Shown piece after piece: positions 39,525-52,641 of a stretch of DNA of 64,000 nucleotides (position 1 is its first letter; each line of letters starts with the position of its first letter). The position numbers and the translations under genes are program-made. The notes below the pieces were generated by a model that was not told where the DNA came from, made no database searches, and was given only the letters and a program-made list of their open reading frames with translations. This DNA comes from Octopus vulgaris (taxonomy: Eukaryota), in NCBI GenBank assembly GCA_951406725.2, contig OX597818.1, positions 141,608,001 to 141,672,000 on the forward strand, given 5' to 3'.

Positions 39525-40205
39525 TTTATTTATTTATATCCTGTGGACTCTATATCCACTAAGGACACGGTTTCAACGAAGAAATACGTGGGCCTTACAG
39601 AGGGTAATTTCAAGCCCAGGTTCAATATTCACACCTCGAGCTTCAGGCACTGGGATAAAAGGAAAACGACCAAATTATCCAATCGTATATGGTCCTTAAA
39701 AGATAAAGGTGTCAGTTACAACATCTACTGGAAGATCTTAGCCAAGTGTAAGCCCTACACCAACGGCAGTGGAAAGTGCGGTGTTTGTGATATGGAAAGA
39801 TGGCTCATCTGGAAAAACAGCTTAGACCCCACTACATGTCTGAATTCAAGAACTGAACTTTTCGGATCATGCCCATATGTGGCTAAATATTTGTTACGCG
39901 AATACTATGAGCATTTTTACTCCCTTACCTTTACTCCCTTAGCGGTCATTCTAATAGCTCTTTTGTCTTAACAACGGTCAATCACACAGTAATTTCCCTT
40001 TGTTGAACGGTCATTTTCATAGCATGTTTTCGATGGCCGGATAACTGAAGAGATGGCGGCGTGGGTTTCCGGTCCGACATCCGAAACTCGGAGATTTATC
40101 ATGGCTACTGAAAGAATTGTCACATATTATATTTACAGATAAATTCCTCTATTTACATAATATCGAGGTCTCTTTCATTCTTTTGTTGCCTTGCCATTTC
40201 TATCA
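39525..40205 (+). mobile_element. Penelope-like element 3' fragment: GIY-YIG endonuclease plus pseudo-LTR ending in (TA)n
   Basis: KKYVGLTEGNFKPRFNIHTSSFRH...TKLSNRIWSLK...IYWKIL...CGVCDMERWLI...LNSRTELFGSC (ORF 39543-39971), with a downstream hammerhead-like motif. Confidence 0.88.
40040..40100 (+). ncRNA. Hammerhead-like motif in the Penelope-like 3' region (probably decayed)
   Basis: GATAA-CTGAAGA-GATG...CATC-C-GAAA-CTCGGAG-AT-TTATC. Stem I is perfect but U16.1 appears mutated. Confidence 0.6.
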
Positions 40206-40246
40206 ATATATTTATATATATATATATATATATATAAATATATATA

Positions 40247-40310
<64 letters not shown>

Positions 40311-40741
40311 ACATACACATCTAGATACCTACACACATAGATATATACCTATACACCGACAAAAATTTCACATATTCCTATATACTTACACAGGCGCTCG
40401 TACGCGCACTCACAAACCATTACATACACACACAGACACAGGTATATAATCGATATGCTTTGACAATGAAACGGAACTGAACCCCGACGTCAGTAGTTAA
40501 TGGATGTTGACCAACAGAATGTCAATTGAAATAATTTAGACATCTTATTGAACTGTAGCCCCTAACACACCGGCTTAGCTCTATGGCTGCGTTTTAAAAG
40601 CATCTTCCTTCAGGTGGTCTTCGAACATGACTATAAGTAATCCCATCACTCTGAATGAAGAGCCGATTAAATGTGATGTAAGCCTTAGAGATTTGCTTTA
40701 TGCACACATACATACACACGTATACATACATACATATATAT

Positions 40742-40836
<95 letters not shown>

Positions 40837-41049
40837 TTTGTATATGTGTGTGTGTGTGTGTGTGCGAATTTGCAGGTGTAGATGGAGAACAGGTGATACA
40901 ACTGGGGACGAACTAATGTTGAATGGTGTGTAGTATGTGCGGGGAAGGAATGGACTGATCCCGCTAGCTGCTGATTATCTGATGCTATTTGTCGATGCTG
41001 TTAAAGTATATTACCACACACACACGTGTATATATATACATATATATAT

Positions 41050-41174
<125 letters not shown>

Positions 41175-41230
41175 AAGAGATACAGAAAGATAGAATGAGA
41201 GGGAGAGAAACGTGTATATATCTCTGTGTG

Positions 41231-41263
<33 letters not shown>

Positions 41264-42026
41264 TTAAATTATTCACTTGCCTTTAACAGAATAAAAGCAG
41301 GACGGCATTGTAAGGAACATTTATCTATAAAGGAGGTGGGGCCTTAATTGAATATTTGATGCATGGGTTTTAATGGTCCCGAACTCTGATGTCTGATTTC
41401 CTGCTATTCTAGAAAACGAAAGTAAAAAAAACAAGAACAAAAACAAAATTGAAAAACCAAAAGCAAAAAAGGAATTGTATACCGAAAAATAAAAAAAGTA
41501 AAAAGTAAAAATTAGTAAAAAAAAATCTAAGATAAGATAAAACGAAAAAAAAAAGCCACGACCATTATATCCTTTGCCGTGTTTATTATACTTTTGCAGT
41601 TAAGAGTTATCGATCGTTTGTTGGAAATAACAAAACAAAAAACAACAATAAAACCATTTAAAACATTAAATATACAAACAAAATATATAACATAACAAAA
41701 CGGGTTCAAACTGTATTAGTGGTTTGGCATTATAAAATCTTTATAAAACTATAAGTGAAAAACAAGCTAGTATGTTATTGCTGTATGCGATAATTACTTA
41801 GGCGGTTAGTGAAGCAAAGAACGTTATTCCCCGGCCCCCGTCAGCTTAGACTACAAAAGATGAAGCTCAGACCTGGTTTCAAGTTTGACTGAAACCAATT
41901 CACTTCACTTATGACTTGATAATGGTTTTAGAGAAAAAAAACCAAATAATGTTGACGACCACATAATCGCATTGTTTTTTCTTTTAGATTTTGTTTTTGT
42001 TTTCCTTTTTTAAACTCAATCCTAAC

Positions 42027-42186
42027 AGCGAAAGCGTGGCTGTGTGGTAAGAAGTTAGCTTCTCAAACACATGGTTCCGAGTTCAGTCTCCCGGCGTGAC
42101 ACCATGGGCAAGTGATTCTCCGGCACGACTAAAGCCTTGTGGGCGGATTTGGTAGATGGAAACTGAAAGAAACCCGTCGTATATAA

Positions 42187-42215
<29 letters not shown>
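42027..42215 (+). mobile_element. SINE family B, 5' half
   Basis: Head through to the internal microsatellite. Confidence 0.8.
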
Positions 42216-42217
<2 letters not shown>

Positions 42218-42249
42218 GAGGGGGTCTCTAATAAACCAGCCTCTGAGTC

Positions 42250-42284
42250 CTAGGGTTAGGATTGGGGTTTTAGGGTTAGGGTTA
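42250..42284 (+). repeat. Degenerate (TTAGGG)n tract near the end of an unclassified repeat
   Basis: CTAGGGTTAGGATTGGGGTTTTAGGGTTAGGGTTA. Confidence 0.6.
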
Positions 42285-43289
42285 CGGAAAAAGTGAAATA
42301 TAAAAAACTGGAGTGGGAGGAGTAAGGGACGGGGGGTGACATCAAATTTCAAAATTACGATTTCTGGCAATTTTCCGGTATCTCCGTATCCGAAAAGCTG
42401 GTTTTTTGGCAGAAAGAAATTTTTTAAAAAACAATAATGTGCGAGAAAATGGTGGGGGAGGAGGAAGTCTTTCCGAAAATAATAGCTGAAAAACAGGAAA
42501 AAAAAGCTAAAAGCAGTAGAAATGCACGAACGATTATAGTGGTGTCATGAAGCAAACGTGCTTAGATACACCCGTTTATTCATACAAACGTAACGGAGAT
42601 GAAATGTGTCATAAATAACAGTGACAAACGAAATATACACCACCAGAAGTTGTTGTCGACAAACAACTGCAGTAATTTTATTCAGCTGAATACACATCAT
42701 TGATTGGTTGAAATTACCGAAATACGACAACTTTTAACACGAAATAACTTCGTATATAGAAACTTTTCTCAACCACGCACAGAGTAAAATATGTTCTATA
42801 TGACACATTCTACCAGTATCCGAAGTTTCAAAGTGTTTAGTTACAGAAAATGAATTAATCGAGCTGCTCATGAAAAGGAAAAGGTCCGATGTTCGCATAT
42901 ATACGTACAACCAAATATGGTGGCATACCCTCTAGTGAGATACACTATTTTAAGGACGTTTTCATCAAAGAGATTTCCTTAAACTGCAATAAGTATTCTT
43001 TAAATTTTTACCATATAAATCCATCATTATGAAGTTCAAATATTTCCATTAACACTTCTTTCCCTGTTATTTTTTCAATATCGAAAATATATGGATTTCT
43101 AAAATCACTTCTTCCTTTCAACTCATTGAATCTACAACAAAACAATTCTATCCAGACACTTCGAGATTGACTAATGTGAGGAAATGGAAAGTGTTGCCTG
43201 TTCTGAGTTGATTCTCCCAAATTTGAGGTTTTGTTTAAAAAATTTGGACATCTCATGAATCGACTGATTTTCTTTTCTTTTTTTTTTTT

Positions 43290-44005
43290 TTTTTTGCAAT
43301 TTTAATCATACAAATAGGGAATGACACCTCTGAGAAATGCAAGGTCACAAAACCAGTTATCACCCTTTAGCTCGAGGGCAAATTTACACTGCAAGATAAG
43401 CTAATCTTACCAAACATATTTAACTTTTCCCAGCATAAAGTCCACCCACTGTCAAATGACATACTTCTATAAATTCGTTGCTATCGTAATTTTTTTTATA
43501 TGTTTAGCAACTTGTTCGCTAGCAACATAGCGTGTATTTCCAATTTCTTTGAGCTTTATCTGCCTCTTAGAAAAGAGCGTATTTAAGCTGCCGATCGGTT
43601 TTTTTAAGAGCTTCGACTTTTTGCTTTCTGATATCTCCTTTAAATTTATCGTACCCCGAATGTTTTGAAGCGTAATGCCGCTTAATATTTAATTATTTAA
43701 AGGAGGAGATGGATTCATATATTAAATACATTGATCTGTTTTTCACTTCAACGAAAAAGTAATAATTTGTCCACTTTCCCTGGAATTTTCTCATTTCTTC
43801 TGAAATCTTCCCGTTTTTGGACGAAGCCATGAGCTGTGACAACAAAATCTTAAATTGAAAAATACATATTGATTTAATGTTCAATTTCTGCTTCCACTGC
43901 TTATGAAGATTTGCTGCGATGTTTCAGCGAATGTAACTGCACGTGCGTATCGCGTAACGTAGCTTTGAACACTTACACTTTGAAAGTAAAGTTTTGTCAC
44001 TCCTG
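43290..44005 (-). mobile_element. hAT (Charlie/SPIN/Buster-like) transposon 5' fragment
   Basis: Terminus CAGGAGTGACAAAAC; peptide MASSKNGKISEEMRKFQGKWTNYYFFVEVKNR...ESISSFK...KRHYASKH (decayed BED-type finger). Confidence 0.72.
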
Positions 44006-44540
44006 CCTGTCAAAGATCCTCAAGATTGATGTACAGGCAGTTAGTTACATATACAAAACACATGAATTTTCTTTTTTTACAGATGTAAATGTGCAAGTGT
44101 CACTTATATTAAATCGTATATATACGTGAAGCAGTAACGTATGGACATCAACCTCTTACTTCCACGTTAACAAAATATTGCTCGCACAGTGTTTAACAAT
44201 GTGTATGTGTTCAAATCTGGTAATGCACACGAATGTCATTCTAATCATTCTTGGAGAGTGACTCTGTCAGTCTTGTAGAGAAGCTGAATTTGCTCTAGAC
44301 CTTGTAAATCATCAGAGTCTAAAGAATAACCTCAGAGGTTATTCATAGAAAATGGGTGCATGACAATGGAATAGATTAATTATTTCATTGAATAGCTCAA
44401 AAATAAATAATAAGAGGCTATCGTCTGAAAAGATGGAGCAATCGTAATGTTATGTAATATATAAAGAAATTTAATCCTTATAGATTCAAAATGTGAATGA
44501 ACATAAAATAATAATAATAATAATAATAATCAGCAGCAGC

Positions 44541-44572
<32 letters not shown>

Positions 44573-45230
44573 GAGGAGGAGGAGGAGGAGGAGTTCGTAA
44601 GAAAGTGTTCCAAAGGATCACAAAATATTTTAGCTAGACTAAAATTCATTGGATCAAAACTTGAACTAGAAAACTTAATCATGGAGCAAACTTCCTCATT
44701 CAACCACAAATACACTGCTTGACGGAACTTAAATGTCGAACGTAAAACATTACATTATGTCAGAAATCATTTTGTCTATTTCTTTATCGATTCTATAACT
44801 GTCCTTCTTGTATTAAATTCTATCATTGGCAAAAGGTCACACACTTACAGGACCGGGCGGTCAACAATTGAATCTATTCCTGTAATTCCTTTTTCTACCC
44901 AATGTCTCAAAATAGAACTTAAGTAACTTCAGACAATGATTCTCCATATTTATTCCATCCTCAATCGTACTCTCTAATTGCTTCCAGGTTTATCTCCAGC
45001 CTTAAAAATCCTACACCAAGTTAACTGCCGAACATATCCTTCTCTGGTTTGCTTCAAGATGCCATATAAGGATCTGCATTTGTAAAACTCGTAACTGGTT
45101 TTGTGTAGAGTGTGCCTAATCCATCCCTTTCTTTTGTCCAGAAGGTAGCTGACAGGTTGCTAGACACAAATTCATTTTATAGATTCTGCCAATCTATCGC
45201 CCTCCACACTGTAATTTTGTCATAATGTAA

Positions 45231-45605
45231 GGGCTAAGCACAGAAGAGACAAACAAGGACAGATAAACGGATTAAGTCGATCACATCGACCCCAATGCGT
45301 AACTGGTACTTAATTTATTGACCCCAGAAGGATGAAAGACAAAGTCGACCTCGGCGGAATTTGAACTCAGAACGTAGCGGCAGACGAAATACTTATTTCT
45401 TTACTACCCACAAGGGGCTAAACACAGAGAGGACAAACAAGGACAGAGACACGGATTAAGTCGATTATATCGACCCCAGTGCATAACTAGTACTTATTTA
45501 ATCGACCCCGAAAGGATGAAAAGCAAAGTCGACCTCGGCGGAATTTGAACTCAGAACGTAACGGTAGACGAAATACCGCAAAGCATTTCGCCCGGCGTGC
45601 TACCG
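45231..45605 (-). mobile_element. SINE family A dimer (left arm of an inverted duplication)
   Basis: Shares diagnostic substitutions with 45671-46270 in reverse orientation. Confidence 0.9.
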
Positions 45606-45670
45606 ATTTATATAAAGGATTTCTTACATTATGACAAAATTACAGATAACGGGGTACTGAGTGTTGAATC

Positions 45671-46270
45671 GGCGGCAAGCTGGCAAAATCGTTAGCACGT
45701 CGGGCGAAATGCTTTGCGGTATTTCGTCTACCGTTACGTTCTGAGTTCAAATTCCGCCGAGGTCGACTTTGCTTTTCATCCTTTCGGGGTCGATTAAATA
45801 AGTACTAGTTATGCACTGGGGTCGATATAATCGACTTAATCCGTGTCTCTGTCCTTGTTTGTCCTCTCTGTGTTTAGCCCCTTGTGGGTAGTAAAGAAAT
45901 AAGTATTTCGTCTGCCGCTACGTTCTGAGTTCAAATTCCGCCGAGGTCGACTTTGCTTTTCATCCTTTCGGGGTCGATTAAATAAGTACTAGTTATGCAC
46001 TGGGGTCGATATAATCGACTTAATCCGTGTCTCTGTCCTTGTTTGTCCTCTCTGTGTTTAGCCCCTTGTGGGTAGTAAAGAAATAAGTATTTCGTCTGCC
46101 GCTACGTTCTGAGTTCAAATTCCGCCGAGGTCGACTTTGTCTTTCATCCTTCTGGGGTCAATAAATTAAGTACCAGTTACGCATTGGGGTCGATGTGATC
46201 GACTTAATCCGTTTATCTGTCCTTGTTTGTCTCTTCTGTGCTTAGCCCTTTGTGGGTAGTAAAGAAATAA
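45671..46270 (+). mobile_element. SINE family A tandem trimer (one head plus three 184-bp bodies)
   Basis: Units at about 45719-45902, 45903-46086 and 46087-46270; junction AAAGAAATAA|GTATTTCGTCTG. Confidence 0.9.
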
Positions 46271-46489
46271 TTATATAACTGGTACGTATTATATGTTATT
46301 GTTGCTTTTGTTGTGTTATTAGTTATGATGCTGCTGCAAATGTCTCTGTTGCTGCTTCTGTTATTGCTACAGTTACAGCTGCTGTTCATATTGTTGTTAC
46401 CGATGTTCTTCATTTCGTTATGTCGCTGCTGTTGATTGTTCATGATGATAGTAATGATGATGATATTCATGCTATTGGAATTGTGTCAC

Positions 46490-47640
46490 TTAAATTTCTT
46501 AGGTATTTTCCGCAAACAGTGGCCCTGTTGAAACGCACCGAAGTAGATTCTTTTGCAGATTTGTAGGAAGTTTTGGGTTCGTTTTTATATTTTCGACTAC
46601 CTTAGTTTCTCCTTCTTTCTTTTACTTTCCGTGGGAAGGTCCGAGCTTATTCTCAGTCTATTAAAGTGCTTTATTAGTTTGTGATTTCTCGCTGTCATTA
46701 AGGTGTTTCAAATTTTTATTAAGTCTGATGAGGATACATCTGTATGTGTATATTAGCTCTTGTTTCTGGTACAAATTTAATGCTTACTAGACTTACTATC
46801 CAGCGTTGCCCGGTAAAACATTCACGGAACTGTTTGTCAATTTGTAGAATGGGAATTCATGGTACTTATGCATGTGTATATATTTAGCCTAACTTCTGGA
46901 CTTATTTAATTTGAACTGTACTATGTGTGTGTATATGTCACAGATAGCGTGCGTGTGTTTGTGTTGTTTCACAACCATGGCATTCATTATATATGTGTGT
47001 ATGTGTGTTGACGTCACGGAAGCCATATTTTCTTTCGTCAAGAAATAACAAACAAAAATTGGTTTTAATCGTTTCCATACTGCACGGCATAAAGTGAGTT
47101 TGAAAATATATAGGTAAAAAAATTAAGATAGAATATACTATTTCTGAGATATTTCGGGAACAAACATCATCTAGAGTTTTAGTATTATTAAGATGGCTTG
47201 CATTATTGACATAATTTTTCTGAATGTCATGTCAATGCCTTGCATGGAAAGACTTTTGGACCAATTTTCTTATGGAATCTCTTTTCGAACCAATTTTCTG
47301 TCAGCTTTGAAGAAGTTCAGACTGAATTGGGTTTGAGTGCTTTTTGCGTGCTATACATCGACTTGCTTTGGACCATACGTTGTTACTTCTCTTATGTTAT
47401 GGCCTGAGAAAATCGTTGGCTTCACCTTCCTATTGTGGACGAATTCTATGTTATTAGTGAAGCAGAGTTCCAATATGTCATTGCACCTGATCGGGAACAG
47501 TATTATTTTTTCAATGAACATCATTTTAGTGAGGTCCAGTGGAAATTGTTTTTGCCTGATTCTGTTCTTTGCGTAACATTCCTCAGATTACGTTGCCTTC
47601 GGGTCTCCTGATGTTGGAGAACTTAAAGTCGCTCAGTAAA
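46490..47640 (-). mobile_element. Degenerate CR1-group LINE (APE endonuclease to linker), interrupted by a Helitron
   Basis: Peptides DFKFSN.RRPEG, NDILELCFTNNIEFVH...PTIFSGHN, NFFKAD and KVVENIKTNPK. Confidence 0.65.
46787..47193 (-). mobile_element. Non-autonomous Helitron
   Basis: Minus strand A|TCTTAATAATA ... CCGGGCAACGCTGG ATAGTAAGT CTAG|T. Confidence 0.7.
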
Positions 47641-47908
47641 AGTACATTAATGTTAATTTAATTTAGTCAGTATTTTTTATCACACACGCACACATACATA
47701 TACTTGTATGGTATATAGTTAGATTTATACACGCAAAACCATACATGTATACAGTTTATACATGCATTCATGTAATGAATGAAGTGAGTAACATTTCGAA
47801 CTCGTATATTGCGAGACATGTGTGCGTATATATGTGTGTGTATATATATATATATGTATATATTTATCTATGCATATGTGTGTGTCTGTATGTATCTATG
47901 TTCATATC

Positions 47909-47958
<50 letters not shown>

Positions 47959-48551
47959 TATACATACATACATAGCATACATAATGCATATTACAACGTA
48001 ATGAGGCGAATAATATTTCCATCTACGTTATTCCTTCCGCCTTTCCCTTCTCTTTTCCTTATGTCATATTTTTGCAATTTGTCCGCCTCGCTAAATTTTC
48101 CGCCTCCTTCCTACTTAAATTTTGTTCCATATATTCCAATATAATCTCTATTGCTACCAGCGTCTCTAAAATCACCAACGACACCATCCACATCATCGCC
48201 CACATCATCATCATTACCTCACCAACGCTATCATCATCACCATCATCAGCCTTACCGTCATCATCGCCATCATCAACGACAACATAACGTATAGCGCTGC
48301 TAAAGCATTTTGAACGTGTATTCTGTATATGTTACTATGCATTAATCATGGCTTCTGTAACTTACCTTGTTAATCTGAGTTTAAGTCATATCTTTAACAT
48401 TTAAGCCGTGAGTGATACAAATTGAAAAGTAATTATATGTACGTTTCGCATATACGAGGTGGCCCAGGCCATATGCATAAACATATGTATATGAATATGA
48501 GTATATATTATATATATATATATGTATATATACGCACAAACACACAGACAC

Positions 48552-48608
<57 letters not shown>

Positions 48609-48895
48609 GTCAATAGGAGAGGGCTAGAAAGCCAGAAATGTTCAGTATAGAAAACACGCGGTAGTGCTCAAATAATTTGAAATAAAACTTCGACATCTTT
48701 ATGGTGGATTGGATTCACAGAGTAAAGACTAGCTATAAGAGAAATTCAGTCGAGCTGATATGGAGATCGTGATGCAGTTAAACATGAATACATACATATA
48801 CTCATATTGATACACATCGACATATATAGGTATACATATAACTAAATATATTCAGATGAACACATATGTACAAACATATTTTGTACCAGTGCTTT

Positions 48896-49042
48896 CTCCT
48901 GATGAAGAAAGCTTGTCTTATGATAATATCTCTATGCGATCATTTACTAGCTACATACCCATGACGTTGTGCACACTACATCTGCTAGTTATGAACATTA
49001 CGAGTGTTACGTAATTCCAAGCTTCCAGAAACAGCTGTCGAG
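48896..49042 (+). ncRNA. Type I hammerhead-like motif, canonical core, ~100-nt loop II
   Basis: CTC-CTGATGA-AGAAAGCTTG...CAAGCTTCCA-GAAA-C-AGCT-G-TC-GAG; GUC cleavage triplet and palindromic AGCT loop III. Confidence 0.65.
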
Positions 49043-50591
49043 TTTAAAAATCTATGCCTTCTCTCCATTGTATTCTGTGTTTTTATGCTCTATTTCTCTC
49101 TATATATAAATATTTATATGCTTGTACATATGTCTTTATTTCTCAGTGTATTCAGTTATAAGTATCTATCTAAATATATGTGTGCGTGTGTTTGTGAATG
49201 CGTATCTCTATATGCGTATATATATATATATATATATATAAGTGTGTGTGTATTTGTGTATGTATTTATGTATGTCATCGCACTCATACACTTGTCACCT
49301 TGCCTCTCAAACTCACCCATACAGATACGCACACATACATCCGTACATACACATTCACACATATCCATACGTAGACACACAAACACATACATACATACAC
49401 ACAGCAATACCAACCAACGCACTTGTCAGCTCGCCTCTCATACCCCCCCACACACACACACACATACGTGCACATGCAAGCATGCATACGCACGAATACA
49501 CACATGCATATTCATAGACATGCACTATCACACTCTCGTACGTACACACACAAACACACTAACACATACAGATGTAGATATTAGATTGAGTATTGGATTA
49601 AGTTGTCCTCACAGGTACTTCCAAGCGATATTTGAACTCAGAGACCAGAGAACAAATATTGCATGGCATTTTGTCCGACGCTCTAACGACTCTCCCAATT
49701 CGCCGCCTTGATTATGAGCTGTTAACAAAAGGAATTTGATAAAATCGTGAGTCAAAACAAGTTGCGAGTTCTATCACTATGTGGTTCTTGTTCATATGGT
49801 TGCTGTCTGTTTTTTGGGGGGTTTTTTTGCTGTTGATTTTTTCTGTTGTTATTGTCGTCGTCGGCATCGTCGTCGTTGTTGTTGTTGTTGTTGTTGTTGT
49901 TGTTGGGCAACAAGACGGGTAAAGGTGATTAGGTGATGGTCTAGGGCTTAGGGGGCGAGAGACCCCAGACCTTGGAAAAAAAAAACTTTGGTCGACTTGT
50001 TGTAGTCGAGGGATCTTCGTTGACACCCGACACCACTGGGAGGTGACCCTCGAAGTAGCTGGAAATGGAGATCTCCAGGTCCAAATTCTTGAACGGCTGT
50101 TGTTGCTGCTGCTATTGCTGTTTAGCCCTGAGTAGATGTAATCAAATGTAATTCCAGCCATGAATATTTTTATTGAAATATAACAATGACTTCATTGTCC
50201 CAATGTGGCCATTCCTTTCTAATTTCCACATGATGTTACTAGAGGAAGAATTGTCTGTTATTTGTAGCAGATCAAGCAATGCAGTAACTTTCTCGTTGGT
50301 CCGAGAAAATTAATTTTGTTTTACCGGACTTTAGAGATTCAGAATTCAGAGAAATTCAAATCTTTCAATTTAAATAATTTTGTGTTACAAAAGACAAGCT
50401 GATCTCCGTCTGTTTGTCCGTCACAGCATATATGTAGAAGGAGGGAAAAGAGGGAGGAATCAAAAGGGAAGATAACCCCTCTCTCAATATATACGTAGAA
50501 GAAGGAAGAAGAAAAGGAGAAAAAGTTGCTGTTTTTGAGAAAGAAATACAGTGAGAGAGTGTATGTTAAAGATAGGTAGACAGGGGATGCT

Positions 50592-50605
50592 GTCACCATA
50601 GTAAC
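50592..50605. promoter_or_regulatory. Candidate RFX X-box
   Basis: GTCACCATAGTAAC fits GTNRCC-AT-RGYAAC and lies in apparently unique sequence. Confidence 0.3.
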
Positions 50606-51029
50606 TAACAAGTTTTGATTAAAAATGCGGCAAATTTAAGTGCAAGTTCCTTAACACAACAACCTGTCCTTATAGTGAAAGTCTTTTTTTAAGTCTGTGT
50701 TGCGACAATAAAACAACAGTAGAATGTAAAGAATTTTTTGTTTTAACTAACATTTTATTTTTCCTGTTTTCCCTGTTATAATCGAAGACAGCACAGCCAG
50801 GGGGTCTGTGAAGTCTTGTATAAAAATAAATGGAGAACAGGACTTTTTTCACTTTAAAAAGATAATCGAGAGAAAGAAGAAAGACTACACACTACTACAC
50901 TCGCCAATCACTCATAAAATTATGACACAGTTATAGTATGCTCTTGTGGTTCCATCATGGTAGAACATGTAAAGGATATTTTGGGTAAAGTAAAAAGAAT
51001 GTCAAAATCATTTATAATAAAAAAATATT

Positions 51030-51357
51030 ATTAGTATTATTTTTATTATTATTATTATCGTTTTCTGAATCACTTTCATTCGCACTAAGCTCGCGCACTC
51101 ACTTGTAAATGCAATCGCCGATTCACAAGCACTCGTAGACGGACTTGTAGATTTCTTTTTAAAAAAAAAATCAAGAGTTGGTGTTTAGAAGAAATTATTT
51201 TTCGCTCTCTATAAATTTCGCAGTAACACACAAAAGCATTCGTTATGGTGATAGAAACTTTTGCCCTTCGTTCAAAATTTGGATCTTGTGCTTGAAAAAT
51301 AAAAAACATAAACCCGAGGTGTCGTAAAGCGGGTCCTCGTAAAGTGAGGTATTATTG
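51030..51357. mobile_element. Partial copy of the pogo-like element at 25116
   Basis: Reverse match to 25116-25400 (CGTAAAGCGGGTCCTCGTAAAGTGAGGTATTATTG-TA). Confidence 0.65.
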
Positions 51358-51384
51358 TATACGTGTGTGTATACAAGTTCGAGG

Positions 51385-51980
51385 GAGGGAGTAAGTCAAT
51401 TATATCGACCCCAGTGCTCGACTAGTGCTTATTTCATCGACTCCGAAAGTATGAAAGGAAAAGTCGAATTCGACGGGATTTGAACTCAGAACGTGAAGAC
51501 GGACGAAATGCCGCGAAGCATTTTGCCCGGTTGGCTGATGATTCTGCCAGCTCACTGATTTATACAATATATAAATTGTACTGTTTTGTTATTTGTAGGG
51601 TCAACGAGAAACATTCCAGCCAATGAGAGATACGTATTTAATATTTTATGCTTTCAGACGGTGATCCCGCAGAAATGTTAACACACCGGACATAATACTT
51701 TTTGATATTTTGTCTGTCTTTACGTTCTGAGTTGAAATTCCGCCGAGGTCAACTTTGCCTTTCATCCTTTCGGAGTCGATAAAATAAGTACCAGTTGCGT
51801 ACTGGAGTCGATCTAATAGATTGGCCCTCTCCCCCAAAATTGTGCCTAGAGTAGAAAAGAATATTTTATGTCTCGAAAGCGGCGAGTTGACGGAGTCGTA
51901 AGTGCACCGGCAAAATGCTTAGCAGTATTTCGTCCACCTTCTCGGTCAAATTCCGCCGAGGTTAACTTTACTTTCAAACT
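51385..51980. mobile_element. Cluster of three diverged SINE A-related copies (-, +, +)
   Basis: 51385-51557 minus; 51650-51862 plus; 51878-51980 plus, partial. Confidence 0.75.
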
Positions 51981-52260
51981 TTAAATCAATATTTCATGCC
52001 TCTGATAATATGTACAATAGTCGGAATATCTTGTATAGTGCACCGACCGTTTTTTTTTTCCAGGTAATCATTGCCTCGGAATTCACGGCACGCTATACAA
52101 ATTTAATCGACTATTTTATGTTCATAAGCATCAAACTAATAGTAACTCGTATCTAAATAGTGTATATCTTAAATTATATAAATATATATACAACGGTGGT
52201 GCTCCAGCATGACCACGACTTTGAAACTGCAACAATTTAAAGATTTTAAAATATGTGTAC

Positions 52261-52301
<41 letters not shown>

Positions 52302-52641
52302 ATGTATATATATATATATATATATCATATAAAATCCGTTCTGTCTGTGTGTGTGTGTCTTCTAGGATCTCGGGCATCCTTCATCCGATTGCGCTCAAAT
52401 CGGTATCAGGGCGTGTATAAGTCTTGAAAAAATTACAAAAATCGATTCCAGGTGAGAAAACATAACTGCACCTTCCGTTTCTTATTGTTTTTGTACAGAT
52501 TAAGGGCACGCTTCTTTCCTGCCAAGTTTACTGTTTAAACCATGTTTGTGTTCTCCCAGTCAACAGCCTTATCATTACTGATACTTTAAACTCTTCGGTT
52601 GCATGTTTGTGTGAATAAAATCGTTTTTCTTTGGAATAGCA

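Noticed and set aside
45719-45902. Hammerhead within the 184-bp SINE A unit (retrozyme)
   Set aside because: No CUGANGA-type core with matching stems found on either strand.
46727-46736. CTGATGAG hammerhead core
   Set aside because: No partner stem II or GAAA found; lies inside a LINE remnant.
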